Origin: Felis catus
Lineage: Eukaryota
DNA length: 64,000 nt
Assembly: GCF_018350175.1 (NCBI RefSeq)
Contig: NC_058375.1
Coordinates: forward strand, 96,720,001 to 96,784,000
Direction: 5' to 3'
Positions 1 to 12,055 of this stretch are shown here, piece by piece; within the stretch, counting starts at the first letter, position 1, and each line of letters opens with the position of its first letter. Below the pieces are notes generated by a model. It was not told the origin of the DNA. It did no database searches and was given only the letters and a program-made list of their open reading frames with translations. The translations under genes were made by a program, and so were the position numbers.

Positions 1-156
1 CAGTTCATGAGTTCGAGCCCTGTGTCGGGCTCTGTGCTGATAGCTCAGAGCCTGGAGCCTGCTTCGGATTCTGTGTCTCCCTCTCTCTCTGCCCCTTCCC
101 TGCTCTCTCTCTCTCTCTCTGTCTCTCTCTCAAAAATAAATAAACACTAAAAAAAA
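1..156 (+). mobile_element. Can-SINE (SINEC_Fc-type), 5' part cut by window edge
   Basis: GAGTTCGAGCCC...CTCAGAGCCTGGAGCCTGCTTCGGATTCTGTGTCTCCC, (CT)n, AATAAA, A tail. Confidence 0.9.
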
Positions 157-167
157 TAGTTGGGGCA

Positions 168-395
168 AGGGTGCCTTGGTGGTTCAGCTGGTTGGGTGTC
201 TGACTTCTGATTCCGGCTCAGGTCATGATCTCTTTGTTCACGAATTTGAGCCCTGTGCCAGGTTCTGCGCTAACAATGGGGAGCTTGCTTGGGGTTCTCT
301 CTCTCTCTCTCTTTCTACCCTGCCCCTGCTCATGTTCTCTGTCTCTGTCTCTCTCTGTTTCTGTCTCTCTCAATAAATAAATAAACTTTAAAAAA
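168..395 (+). mobile_element. Can-SINE, diverged, in tandem behind the previous copy
   Basis: tRNA-like head GGGTGCCTTGGTGGTTCAGCTGGTT, CT-rich body, AATAAA/A tail. Confidence 0.85.
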
Positions 396-2618
396 TATTT
401 GGGGCACAGAAAAGAGTTTCTGAGTGTTTGTGGTAGCAGTGGGAAAGAATATGACATATAGAAACATAATCCATAAGACTGATATAGAAAAGATGTTGCT
501 TTTGAGTTTTTGAAATACCAAGCACGGTGGGGATCATTAATAGAAATTTGGAGGCACAGGTTGAAGGAACAACAGTCTAGGAAAGGAAGTGGGGAGCACG
601 GTGTGCTGACCTCCTTCTCCCAGCCCAGTGAGTCAACAGGAGAGAGAAAAAGGAGCAGTGTTCATATGTGGATTTTTTACAAAATAATGTCGGTTGCAAA
701 CAAAGCAAAACAAAAAACAGTAAAAGGTGTTGGGCGTGAGGGAAAGGGGGCGAGTGAAGGGAACCTGGGTGGAGACAGCACTGAGTGGGAAATGATGATT
801 CAGTAGGAGGAGGCAGAAATGGGGAGGTGGGTGTGCTCCACACTAAGGAAGCAGAGGTAGACTTCGAAGCTAAGATTATTAAAAGGATGTGTTAGAACTG
901 GGGAAGGGGTACTGTTAATGTAGCAGAATTTAGTTAACATAGGAGTTTACAACCAGCCAGTCTTAAGGCTCCAAATGGCTTCTTTGTGTCTACACAAGTG
1001 CCTCCTCTGGAGGCCGATGGTAGACATGAGCTGATGGTTGACTCACAGTTTGGGCTCATTTGGGTCCTACCTTTGTTGAATCCCTTCATCGGAGTTCTTA
1101 TTTTTTATCTATCTGTCTACTCCTTTCAACTCGCTAAAAGCTGCTATAGGTTTTCTAACTTGCTCTACTTCTCCACAAATGAGGTTCAGAAATAGAAGCA
1201 ACTAAACACCTCAACCACTTGAGAAGTTAGAAAAGAAGTGTCCTCCAGAGAAATAGGTCAGTGGATAACAGACACCAAGAGGTAATAGATATGTGCTGTA
1301 GAATCAGGTCATTTGTGAGAACCCATGTCAAGCCAACAGGAAAGAAATTTGGTAAGTCTGCTCACAGCTCCCCAGAACCTATTAACCATGCAGCAACACT
1401 TGACATCGCAGGGTCCTCCAAAGATTACAAACCCTGAGTTCTGATGCATGCTGTAGCCACACACATCAGTAGAAAGAAAGGGATAAGAAAATGCTTTTCT
1501 GCATCTTTTGGATGCAGGAATGAAATATATTTTATGCATCAAGCACCATGTTAGACTCTTGGAGATACAAATATTTGTAAGAAATTGTTCCCACTCTTGG
1601 TAGCTTCCATTTTGGTGGACTTCCTTAACAAATGCATAGCCAGGGCAGAAAAAAGTAAGCACAAATTTATGCAAAGTTACCCATAAAATCACGCAAAAGG
1701 AGACTAGTCTCCGGAAAAACATGGAACCCATGAAGATCAAGGGATATGAGCTTCCTAGTGAGGCAAACTCTTGGAAGCAGAAACGTTCTCGATGTAAGGA
1801 AAGCTATCTAGGTGAAAAGCTGCTCCTTCAGTGACACAAACGTATTCTAATGTAAGGAAAAGCATGCATATCTTGTTGGAGAGAGCAACTACTTGACATC
1901 TCGGTAGCTGAACTGTAAAATGCATGGAGTTCTTTCTTTATGTGCCTCAACAATGTAAACACTGCTGTTTCCTGTGCTAAGCCCAGCAAGGTTCTAGAGC
2001 CCATCCCAAAGAGCAGAGCCAGTCATGCCAAGGAATTCAAGTCTTTGAGGTCAGCCTTTGAATGCAGCCTAGCTCTGACGTCAGGGTGACAGGCGAGGGA
2101 GTTATCGCTCCCTCCCACCAAGGCCCCATTATGCTTGAGGATCAGGAAGCATCAGACAGGAGGAAAACCTTGGGAAAACAACTGGCCAATCTTTCTGTAC
2201 CATCTCCTCATCAGGGGTCAGGCTCCATCAAATCCTGGCCCTTCTGTACTTGTTTCTCAATGTCTTGGCTCTTCCTAGTCCACAGAGACTATGTTCCTTC
2301 ATTCTACCTTCATACGGAAAATCATGTAATGTTTGTTACTGGAATCCACAGGAAAATTAGGCGGTATATGCAGCATTCTACCTAATGGCAAACTCTGTGA
2401 GAACAAATTCCAGGAGATATCTGTAATCATCCCAGCATGGTGATGAATGAATCTTTCCATAATGGATCCGACACAAAGGCATTCATCTGGACCCAAATGC
2501 AGAAAATGCAGTTCTTGAAATTTTCCCTGTGGAAGGAAAATACAGGTTAATCAGGGATATATCAGGGTTTGCAAACGTATGATACAACAAAGATTAAAAT
2601 CTATGAAGAGTAGTCATA

Positions 2619-2757
2619 AGGGGCACCTGGGTGGCTCAGTTGGTTGGGCATCTGACTCTTGATTTCAGCTCAGGTCTTGATCTCAGGGTTGTGAGTTCAG
2701 GACCCTCGTTAGGCTCCATGCTGAGTGTGGAGCCTACTTAAAAAAAAAAAAAAAAGA
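2619..2757 (+). mobile_element. Short older Can-SINE lacking the CT-rich segment
   Basis: GGGGCACCTGGGTGGCTCAGTTGGTT...GAGCCTACTT followed directly by poly-A. Confidence 0.85.
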
Positions 2758-3599
2758 ATAGAGGTAAAAGGTAAACTGGTAATAATGAGCAAAACTTGCT
2801 TATTGTATTAATAAGATTTATTGAGGAGAAATTTCACGGTCAGAACACGAACCAGCCTCCCAAAGGCACTAATACAATTATATTCTTGTAAATATTGAAG
2901 AACACTAGTCATGGCCATCATGAATATTCAGTAAGGACAATCTGCCACTGAGGAAACAAAGATGGGGTAGAGAACTCTGTAATCTGGTTTGCTGGTCTTC
3001 GGTTTTAGGATTAGATCAGTTTTTAAAATGGCATCTCCCTTTGTTCACATTTAAAAGAAGTCGGCAGCCAAATACTACTAAAAAAGAAAAACAAGAAAAA
3101 AAAGAAAAAAAAAGGAAGGAAAAACTTGGAATCCTCAGATATTCTCTCAGAGGGCGCATATAGGGTGCAACCTTGTTACACACAATCTGTCAAAACATAG
3201 CTCTCCCCAGAGGGTAATGGTAGCTTAGAACTCTGTGGAGATAAGAGGACAAAAGCTTTCCTGAGAAAAGCATAAACATAGAGATTACTTGTAACTTGAA
3301 TGGAATCACAATACAATGGAAGTGAGTTTTCTATTACCTTGGCCGTCTGTAAAAAGTACAATACCTTCTTTAAAAAAATTTTTTTTTAATTATGTATTGT
3401 TTCTAAAGCTTTTGATTTTCTTCAAGCTTTCCTGTGCTGTCTTTAAACTGCTTTCTCCTGTACATTTTCCTGTCCATTTCACTGAACAGCATTGTTAACC
3501 AAGCGCTCCTGGAATGATAATACGAATTAATCTAGGCGTCAACAACATACAGTGTGGCTATGTGTCTGCTGTGTGTCAGAGGCAGAAACACTAAGGTTT

Positions 3600-4230
3600 T
3601 TTAAATAAAGTTTTCATTCTGCAAACATGTTAGATTTCCAGAAAATTGCAAAGGTACTACACAGAGTTCCCATACTCTTCACCCAGGTTCCCCTTTTGCT
3701 AACATTTCCCATCCCCATGATACATTTGTTTAATCTAAGAAACCAGCATGGGCACATTGCTACTAACTGAACTTCAGACTTTGTGTGGATCTCACCAATT
3801 TTTCCATTAACATCCTCTATCAGATTCAGGATCCAATCCAATTGCCCGCATTGTACTTAGTTGTTACTCGTCCTTAGTCTCCTCCAGTTGTCACAATTTC
3901 TCAGTCTTTGCTTGTTTTTCATGACCTTGACAGATTTTAGGACTATTGGCCAGGTATTTTGGAGAAGGTCCTTCAGATTGGGTTTGTCTGATGGTCTTCT
4001 TACGATCAAACTGGGGTTATGGGGTTTTGGAAAGAATCCAGCAGAGGTGAAGCATTCTTCAGAACATCGGGATGAACATGACATTCACACATCACTGGAA
4101 ATGTTAACTTTCATCACTTGGTTCATGTGGTATTTGCCAAGTTTCTCCATTATAAAGTTACCATTTTCCCTCTTCCCATACTCTCTAGTCTTTGTAAGCA
4201 AATCAGTAAGTTCAGCCCACACTCAAGGAT
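3600..4230 (-). mobile_element. Ancient L1M (L1MB/MC-like) 3' UTR fragment
   Basis: Recognisable L1M 3' motifs: CATGACCTTGACA...GGCCAGGTATTTT...TGGGTTTGTCTGATG...GGGGTTATGGGGTTTTGG...CAGAGGTGAAG. Confidence 0.7.
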
Positions 4231-4243
4231 GGTGGTGGTCTGC

Positions 4244-4479
4244 TTTTTTTTTTTTTTAATTTTTTTTTAACGTTTATTTATTTTTGAGACAGAGAGAGAC
4301 AGAGCATGAATGGGGGAGGGGCAGAGAGACAGAGGGAGGGAGGGAGACACAGAATCTGAAACAGGCTCCAGGCTCTGAGCTGTCAGACAGAGCCGGACGC
4401 GGGGCTTGAACTCATGAACTGCGAGATCATGACCTGAGCCGAAGTCAGACGCTTAACCGACTGAGTCACCCAGGCGCCC
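4244..4479 (-). mobile_element. Can-SINE with TSD TGGTGGT(C/T)TGC
   Basis: Full reverse-strand SINE; near-identical flanks at 4233-4243 and 4480-4490. Confidence 0.92.
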
Positions 4480-4510
4480 TGGTGGTTTGCTTTTAAAATA
4501 TTTTATATAC

Positions 4511-4727
4511 AGGGTGCCTGGGTGGCTCAGTCAGTTGAGCATCTGACTTCAGCTCAGGTCACGATCTCATGGCTTGTGGGTTCGAGCCCTGCATCGGGCT
4601 CTGTGCTGACAGCTCAGAGCCTGGAGCCTGCTTCAGATTCTGTGTCTCCCTCTCTCTCTGTCCCTCCCCTGCTCACGCTCTGTCTCTGTCTCTCAAAAAT
4701 AAGTAAACATTAAAAAAAATTTTTTTT
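4511..4727 (+). mobile_element. Can-SINE, head-to-head with the previous copy
   Basis: Full SINE; TSD AAATA(TT/CC)TTATATACA at 4496-4511 and 4728-4743. Confidence 0.92.
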
Positions 4728-5629
4728 AAATACCTTATATACAAAAATATGTATAATAAAGCTCCTGCTTTCATTCAAATTCAATTCAATAAACTTTTAG
4801 GATACCACAAAAAGAAATCTTTTGGAGATTTATACAGCAATAATCATAACCCCTAGAAGCAGCTATGATATTACCATTGTATGGAAAAACACAAACCATA
4901 ATCCTTGTAATGATGACAGATACTGAGAATGGTTATCTTTAGCTCACCTGAGTTGTTGTTAAAATGACTGCTTATTTTTCTAAGCTCTTTTTAACGTCCA
5001 CTGAAATCCTTGGATGAGTTTTCTTCTGAGACCGAACATACTACAATGCAAATTGTACACAAGCTAAAAATTCATCTTCATATAATTGTACTCTGGGGTC
5101 ACACAATATTTAAATGCACGTTATCAAGAATGCTGTTTGTCTGCAGAATCGTAAATGAGCAAATGAATTACTCTCTTACCATGGGCATGTATTTATAAAT
5201 CTTCTCAAAGGCACCCAACTCACAAAATAGCTTGCTTCCTTAGATGTAAGGGCATTCTGGGTTATCATTTTCATTAGAATCTCTGGTGTCATGCTACCTT
5301 TTTAAATGTTTTTTATTTACAATTCCTTTTCTTTCTTTTTTTTTTTTTTTTATTCTACTGGCTTTCCTTAACCTTTGAGTAATATTTTGGTTGGCATAAT
5401 TTACATAGCAGGCAACAAGACGAAAATGTGTTCTTTTCGGTTTAAAGGGATTATGTGACCATCTTGCAAGTCTATAATTAAGGTCTTGAATTAGTTACAT
5501 TTTCCTAATTTGATGATTTATATCTATCTTTTCCTGGTTAAATTGTGTCATCCTAAAGATAGAGTCGCTGTAGTTAGAAATATCGACAGGATAATATTTT
5601 CTCTTGAGACTTTACTTATTTATTTTTTC

Positions 5630-6400
5630 CATATCAATACCTTAAGATAATATGCTAGATTCTGTGGGGGAAATACGGCAAGGAACTTACTATCTAGCAG
5701 AAAAGCTCAAATTTTTTATAATATAAGGTAGAAAATACTAAGTGACATAAGGGAGGTACAAATAAAATGTATCAAAAAAAGAAAGCAATGAGGAGCCACA
5801 GACGTTTTTTTAGCAGGCAAGTGACAAGACCAGAGATGTCCTTTAGAAAAATTAATTCAGTAGCATTGTATCGGGTGAATTTTAGTGGTAGAAGAGAAGG
5901 GAAGGAGGATACACAGGGGAGAGACTGGGGCAAAGAGATGAATAGGAAACCATTGATATTAAAGAGGTACTGTGGGGGCACCTGGGTGGCGCAGTCGGTT
6001 AAGCGTCCGACTTCAGCCAGGTCACGATCTCGCGGTCCGTGAGTTCGAGCCCCGCGTCGGGCTCTGGGCTGATGGCTCGGAGCCTGGAGCCTGTTTCCGA
6101 TTCTGTGTCTCCCTCTCTCTCTGCCCCTCCCCCGTTCATGCTCTGTCTCTCTCTGTCCCAAAAATAAAATAAACATTGGAAAAAAAAAATTAAACAAAAA
6201 TAAAAATAAAAAAAAATAAAGAGGTACTGTGAACTAAAGTATTGGGCATAGAAATAAAGAAAAGGTGTGAATCCAAGAAATACTACAAAGGCGAAACTGA
6301 GAGGTCATGGCTACTGGTTGAGTTGTGGGGAATGAGCGGTGAGAAAAATTCAAATAAAACTTTGATCCTTCAAGAAAGGTTATGTGGTTCCAGTAGTCAG
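5630..6400 (-). mobile_element. L2 fragment interrupted by a young SINE
   Basis: Purine-rich L2 antisense motifs (AGCAGGCAAGTGACAAGACCAGAGATGTCCTTTAGAAAAATT) continue on both sides of the SINE. Confidence 0.55.
5975..6216 (+). mobile_element. Very young Can-SINE (youngest felid subfamily), perfect 15-bp TSD
   Basis: CpG-rich diagnostic head GTGGCGCAGTCGGTTAAGCGTCCGACTTCAGCCAGGTCACGATCTCGCGGTCCG; TSD TAAAGAGGTACTGTG at 5960-5974 and 6217-6231. Confidence 0.95.
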
Positions 6401-6924
6401 GAGCGTTTTCTATTTGTCTTTGTTTATATTTCTTTGCAACATTTTTTCACAACATATTTGGCATGCCCGGAGAGCTAGCCTACTACGTTAGAGGATTTCC
6501 TCATCATTATGTCTCTCTTATGATTTACTCATTATAGCAACCTCTGTTCCTTTCTGGAATAAGTTGCAGTGTAAATAAATGAATATGCATTCATTATGCT
6601 TGATTATATAATTGTGCTTCCCTCTCAGCGAATGCCTCAAGGTAGTAATGTGACGGTTTCTGTTCATCACTAAAATCTGGGGCTTTTTTAAAGGGATATT
6701 TTTGAGCTACGTTATGTTTGTTATATATTTTACAACATCTAACTTTCTTAGCAATAAGTAGGAGCCTTCTACAGAAAGGAGATTTCTCATTTTATGTGGG
6801 AATAAAGTAAACTTGATAACTATCCTATTTTCCCTTAAAACATATTCCTTTGGAATCAAATGCTTCTCGTTTCGGTGTTAACACGATGTGAACTTTTCAA
6901 TGATTATAACCACACAAGCACCAC

Positions 6925-7140
6925 TAATACTAACTGAGTATGTATTACGTTCAAGGTGTTGTTCCAAGTATCTTTTACCTATAATCCTCAGAACAACCCT
7001 TTGAAGTAGGTGCTATTAGAATCCTGTTTTACAGAGAAGACACAGAGAAGTGAAGTCACTTGCACCAGTCTACATGATGAGTAAATGTGGGAACCAGAAT
7101 TTGAACTCCCAAGTCTGGTTCCAGAGCCCGTGTGCGTAGC
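6925..7140 (-). mobile_element. MIR
   Basis: AATCCTCAGAACAACCCTTTGAAGTAGGTGCTATT...TTTACAGA...AGTGAAGTCACTTGC...GAATTTGAACTC core. Confidence 0.7.
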
Positions 7141-8098
7141 AGCTCTGCCCTCAACCACTTCCTCCGAGTGTTCAAAGTCAAGTTCACTCAGCCTTACACT
7201 TAGTGGAGGTGTATCTCTCTGCCATAGACCTCAAATTTTTCTCAAGTTGGGTCTATTTTAATAGAGAAAAGAAAAAAATCTGCAACACCCATTGGCATTC
7301 TCAGAAGGCTTCATCATCGAGAGTCTACAAAAACATAATTCCCTACACACCCAGACATTTGATTATAAATTTTAAAATATTCACTTCCTGTGGATAGCTG
7401 TAGGAAAGAAGAGTTCTTTATTTGTATTTAAGCTGAAAGTACTAAAAAGAGAAAGGGAGGATAAATGAAGTTGAGTTGACTTTCAGTCAATAAAGCATCT
7501 AAAGAGTTAGAAAGGTAAATCAGATGTGTGAGTGCCATGACCACAGTAGAGCAGGAATCTGGGGGCGTGAGTCCCTGGCGTCGGAACGAGGAACTGGAGA
7601 GCCAGGAGAGGAGGCATTGCGGACACATCGATCTTAGTAAAAGATTTTTCAAGACGAAATGCTGACAGCTCTCCTCATAGATGCCTATAAGAAAGATGAA
7701 TCTTTTTTAATTCAAAAATATGAGAGGACTGAGTTATTTTTGAAGATACTAGAGTCTGGAAGTACATTTTGTCAGGAACTCATTCACCAAACGCCTTCAT
7801 GGAAAATATCTCCATAGATCACCTATACTGAAAAGATTACCTGGCATAGCTCAAAAATTCATCAGGCAAACAGGCGCTGAACCATGGGATCTTCATCCTA
7901 TATGCTTTTTGCTTACTTTGTGCACTTTGCTGAGTTTGGACCAGGAAATCAAGGCTAAAACATATACACACACATATGCATTATCTGCTGCCTCTTAGGC
8001 AATTTTAGGTAACCCAAGACAAGATGATTTTCCCAGAGGAACAGGATAAGATTAAAATTTTTAATCCCATTTTCCATTTTGATTTAAAATATCCTTTC

Positions 8099-8302
8099 AA
8101 GGGCACCTGGGTGGCTCAGTTGGTTAAGCGTCTGACTCTTGATCTTGGCTCAGGTCATGATCTCACAGTTCCTGAGTTTGAGCCCCCAGAGTTGGGCTCT
8201 GTGCTGACAGCAAGGGATTCTTTTTCTCTCCCTCTTTCTCTGCCTCTCTCTCTCTCTCCCTCTCACTCTCTCTCTCAAATTAACATTTAAAAAATTAAAA
8301 AA
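8099..8302 (+). mobile_element. Can-SINE with 14-bp TSD TAAAATATCCTTTC
   Basis: SINE head, body and tail; TSD at 8085-8098 and 8303-8316. Confidence 0.9.
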
Positions 8303-8472
8303 TAAAATATCCTTTCTCATTAAGTTGGGATGTCTGACACTTTATCCTTTTGGGTTCCTAAAAGCTAAACAAATTTAAACACAAATTATATTTTATTGAA
8401 AACAATCACACACACACACATAGTTGAACAGAAATGAATCTCCCTTGTTTTATTTTAATTTTGTTTAAGTTG

Positions 8473-8557
8473 ATTTTTTTTTTTTTTTTTGAGAAAGAGA
8501 GAGCAAATGGGGGAGGAGCAGGGAGAAAGGGAGACAGAATCCCAAGCAGGCTCTGTG
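8473..8557 (-). mobile_element. 5'-truncated Can-SINE fragment
   Basis: Poly-T then GAGAAAGAGAGAGC...GGGAGACAGAATCCCAAGCAGGCTC. Confidence 0.75.
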
Positions 8558-8924
8558 GATGCCCCTCTGTGCATTTCAAATCTTAAACAGTAGAGGTTAA
8601 AAAAAAAACAAACAAACTCGAAGTAACGCTTTTGCTATTTCTTATCCAGAATCAGTCCTACCTAGAAACAACTAACATTTAGGAGTTTTGTGCAAAGGCC
8701 ATATTATTTTGAAAGTAGGAGATTCTCCATGTAAAGCTGCTGAAGGATTTTACCCCAAGATAAATGTTCTCTAAGCCCTCAAATCTGCTATTTTCTGCAA
8801 TTCTCAAAGGTGGGTATGGAGGACTGGCAGGAAGGAGTCAATTTTGGAAATTGCTTCAAAAGTGGTGGAATCAAAGAGAAGTTAAATGACAAATGAAGTG
8901 CCTCTCAGAATCTTGCCTTACAAC

Positions 8925-9265
8925 AGTTAGTGGATCTCAAAGACTGGTCCCTACATTGCTAGGAACTTGTTAAAAATTAAAATTCTCAGCTTGCCCCAGG
9001 GTCTTCCGAATCAGAAAATCTAGGAGTGGAGCCAACGATTTTCCCTTGATCAGCCTGTTCAGGTGACTCTGTTTAGTGCTAAAGTTCTGGAACCACCTGA
9101 CTGGAATCACCTAGCCTGAAAACATCTGGGATGCTTGTTTAAAACTGCAGACTAAAGAGGCCGACCCATCCCAAACTCTAAGGGTGAAACTCAGGAATGC
9201 ATGAGTTTCATAAGTGTTCCAGCTGATTCTTATCACACTAATGTCGGTGGATCATTGAACCAGTA
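8925..9265. mobile_element. MER5-like hAT-Charlie DNA transposon relics (two adjacent)
   Basis: GGAACTTGTTAAAAATTAAAATTCTCAG...GAATCAGAAAATCTAGGAGTGG...CAGGTGACTCT and a second TGGAATCACCT...CCAGCTGATTCT unit. Confidence 0.6.
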
Positions 9266-9349
9266 GATAAATCAACCGACCCATTCGTGATGGAAAGGAA
9301 GCTGTCTCAGCTGTGTTTGAAGGCCATGTTCCTCGGCGGGAGGAGCGTT

Positions 9350-9850
9350 GGCGGTAGAGTCCTACCGACTTGGGTTTGAATTCCAGGTATGTCATACTGT
9401 TTATGTGATATTCAACCAGCTATGCAAACTTCGTCAGCCTCAGTTTCCTAATCTACAAAATTGGCACGATAATACCTAGCTTCTCCATCTGGAGAGGATT
9501 AGACGAAATGGGGTATATTTTCTGTATAGTGTCGTCTACATTTTGATAGACATTAATCTCTTTTCTATACTTTTGTCCTCTAAAGATGTCCTGGCCCATT
9601 CTTGTCATGGTGCGCAGCAATCACTCAGGAACACTTGCTGAATAAAGACAGGAAGCAATGCAAAAAGTTTGGATTAGGACCCTAGTTCCACTGCTTATTA
9701 GCTCTGAGACCATGAGCGAGTTACTTGACCTCTATGTGCTTCAGTTTCAGTATCTTTAAAATGCAAATAAAAATGGTACTTACCTCCTAGGCTTAAAGTG
9801 AGGATTAGTTGAGTTCATACATATAAAGCACTTGAAGACAGTGTCTGGGA
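9350..9850 (+). mobile_element. Two MIR fragments (~9350-9530, ~9670-9850)
   Basis: TGGGTTTGAATTCC...CCTCAGTTTCCTAATCTACAAAAT; GTTACTTGACCTCTATGTGCTTCAGTTTC...GTGAGGATTA. Confidence 0.7.
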
Positions 9851-9944
9851 CGCTATCCTCCTCAAATGTTCTTGAAAGAAAAATTCCTCAGAAATACCCT
9901 TCGAAACGTCAGAACGGTTTACCCCTCAAAGAAATCATGTGATG

Positions 9945-10820
9945 TATTTATTGACTTTTCCGCAAACATTTGCATATCCTGTCCAGGCTTCGTGTGAAGT
10001 CCTGAGGATGTAGAGCTCCTGTTCTCCTGGAGATACAGTCTAGAGGGAGAGGCAGACCATAATCACATCATCAGGCAAATGAGTATGTAAATGACCAAAA
10101 TGAGAAACAGGTGTGCAGGAAAGGACAGCTTGTGTGGCTGGAGCTCAGAGCACCCAGGGGAGGAGGACGGAACAAGGTATGCAATGAGGTGGGAGAGAAG
10201 GGGAGGCCAGACCAAGCAGAGCCAGCACATGTTTGGGCATACTTCCAGGAGCAGTGGAAAGCCTTTGAAGAGTTTAAGAAGAGTTTAAGCTCTTCACACA
10301 GGGCCTCTTCCAAGCTTGTCTCCGTGTTGCCACCAGGGCCTACACCCATGTCAGGGTGTAGGGAGGACCCATGAGGAGATTCTCACGATAGCCGGGAGAT
10401 AATGGTAGCTGATAGAGGATGGGTGGTGGAAATGGAGCTACTTAGAATTCAAGAGCTGTGAAGGAGAGGCAATGGCGGAGATTCAGGGCTGAACCGGAAA
10501 CGGGGGCAGGGAGGTTGGAGGAGTCCGGGGACTGCTCTGATTCTGACTGGATTGGAAGGAGAAGGCAGAGTGTGGCACGGGGCATGTTTAGGCTGTCACG
10601 GAGAGATGTCCTGACAGAGGTACTGACTGAGCAGTTGAACATACTGCTCTGGGCTCAGTGTAGACGTGTGGACCAGAGAAACCAATCGGGGGGCCCTAGG
10701 CGCATGGGCAGAAGCTGTGGCCTTGGGAATGAATAAGCTTGCCTGGGAGAGAGTACGGGGCCTCGCTTCCAGATAACCAGGGAGAGAAAGACGAACCTGC
10801 AGAAGAGGCTCACATGGCAG
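9945..10820 (-). mobile_element. L2 fragment; accounts for the ORFs at 10071-10736
   Basis: L2 antisense tail then TGTGTGGCTGGAGC...CAGTGGAAAGCCTTTGAAGAGTTTAAG...GTCCTGACAGAGG...TTGAACATA. Confidence 0.65.
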
Positions 10821-11552
10821 GATTGTTAGTAGAAATATTAGTTTGTGTCTTCTCTCTTGTTTTTCCCTTTCTTCCCTTTTGAGGCTGATAGCTTGGTCTC
10901 ATTAATCCTGGCTTCAGGGAAGTTGGCAGGGCCTAAAGTAAAAGGGTCTTGAAATTAAAGCCTCTTGCAGCTCTTGGCAAATGTCCAGAAGGCAAAGAGA
11001 AGGGAAGGGACAAAGAGAATGAGGCCTGAAGGGTCTTGAATTGTAGAGACCCCCCCCCCCCCCCACACACACAGCTTAAGCTCCCAACCTTAGCAAAGAT
11101 CCTGGGGCCTCTCTGAGACCTCAGATCGAACAGAACCACTGGGGCTGAAGGCCCCAGGGGATGTGGGCCAGCATATTCTAGAGATATGCCTATCCATGGC
11201 CAAGGAGCAAAGGGTGCTTTTCAGTGTCAGGGGGCACAGTGGTTTCCAGACCTCCACCCAGCTCTACGATGGGAAGCTCCAAAAATGACTGAGGTTAAAG
11301 TTCATACCAGGCTCCTGGGAGAGTAGGAAAAAGTCTGAACTTTTGTTTAAAAAATAGAGTACAATGTGATATTTCTTGACAGTTCCATGATACATGATAC
11401 TGAAATTTCAGACCAGGAAAAATGTGACTTCACCTTTAATGGAAGCAAATTCAATATTTTCAAAAACTACTTCTTGGATTACCTCATTTTTAAATTCAGA
11501 TACCAGAATTTCCATGTTTTAAAATTTCCCTTGACCAATTGATCATCTTTAA

Positions 11553-11796
11553 AAATTTAAGTATTTTTTTTGTTTATTTTTGAGAGGGAGGGAGTGAGAG
11601 AGAGCGCGTGCCTGTGCAACTGAAAGAAAGAAAGTGGGGGAGGGGCAGAGAATGAGCCGGAGACCGAGGATCTGAAGAGGCTCTGTGCTGACAGCGGAGA
11701 CCCTGATGCAGGGCTTGAACTCAGGAACTGTGAGATCACAACCTCAGCCAAAATCAAGAGTCAGACATTTAACCAACTGAGCCACCCAGGTGCCCC
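11553..11796 (-). mobile_element. Can-SINE with 13-bp TSD TGATCATCTTTAA
   Basis: TSD at 11540-11552 and 11797-11809. Confidence 0.92.
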
Positions 11797-11817
11797 TGAT
11801 CATCTTTAATAATTTTT

Positions 11818-12024
11818 TTTAATTTTAATTTATTTAGTTTTGAGACAGAGACAGAGCATGAGCAGGGGAGGGGCACAGAGAGTGGGGGAACACAGAATCT
11901 GAAGCAGGCTCCAGGCTCGCAGCTGTCAGCACAGAGCCTGACGTGGGGCTTGAACTCCCGGACTGTGAGATCATAACGTGAGCCGAAGTTGGATGCTTAA
12001 CCGACTGAACCACCCAGGCACCCC
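11818..12024 (-). mobile_element. Can-SINE with TSD TAATAATTTTT
   Basis: TSD at 11807-11817 and 12025-12035. Confidence 0.92.
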
Positions 12025-12055
12025 TAATAATTTTTAAATAGAAGTAAAACCATCA

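Noticed and set aside
1309-1740. 143-aa minus-strand ORF
   Set aside because: No recognisable homology, promoter or splice context; the length is plausible by chance across six frames of 64 kb. A tblastn/PhyloCSF check would settle it.
2076-2083. Perfect CRE TGACGTCA; also TTACGTAA at 48706 and isolated CACGTG sites
   Set aside because: Single 6-8-mers are expected by chance in 64 kb and have no supporting context.
5975-6060. tRNA-like heads with Pol III A/B boxes (e.g. TGGCGCAGTCGG, GTTCGAGCCC)
   Set aside because: These are the tRNA-derived 5' parts of SINEs; none forms a complete tRNA gene.
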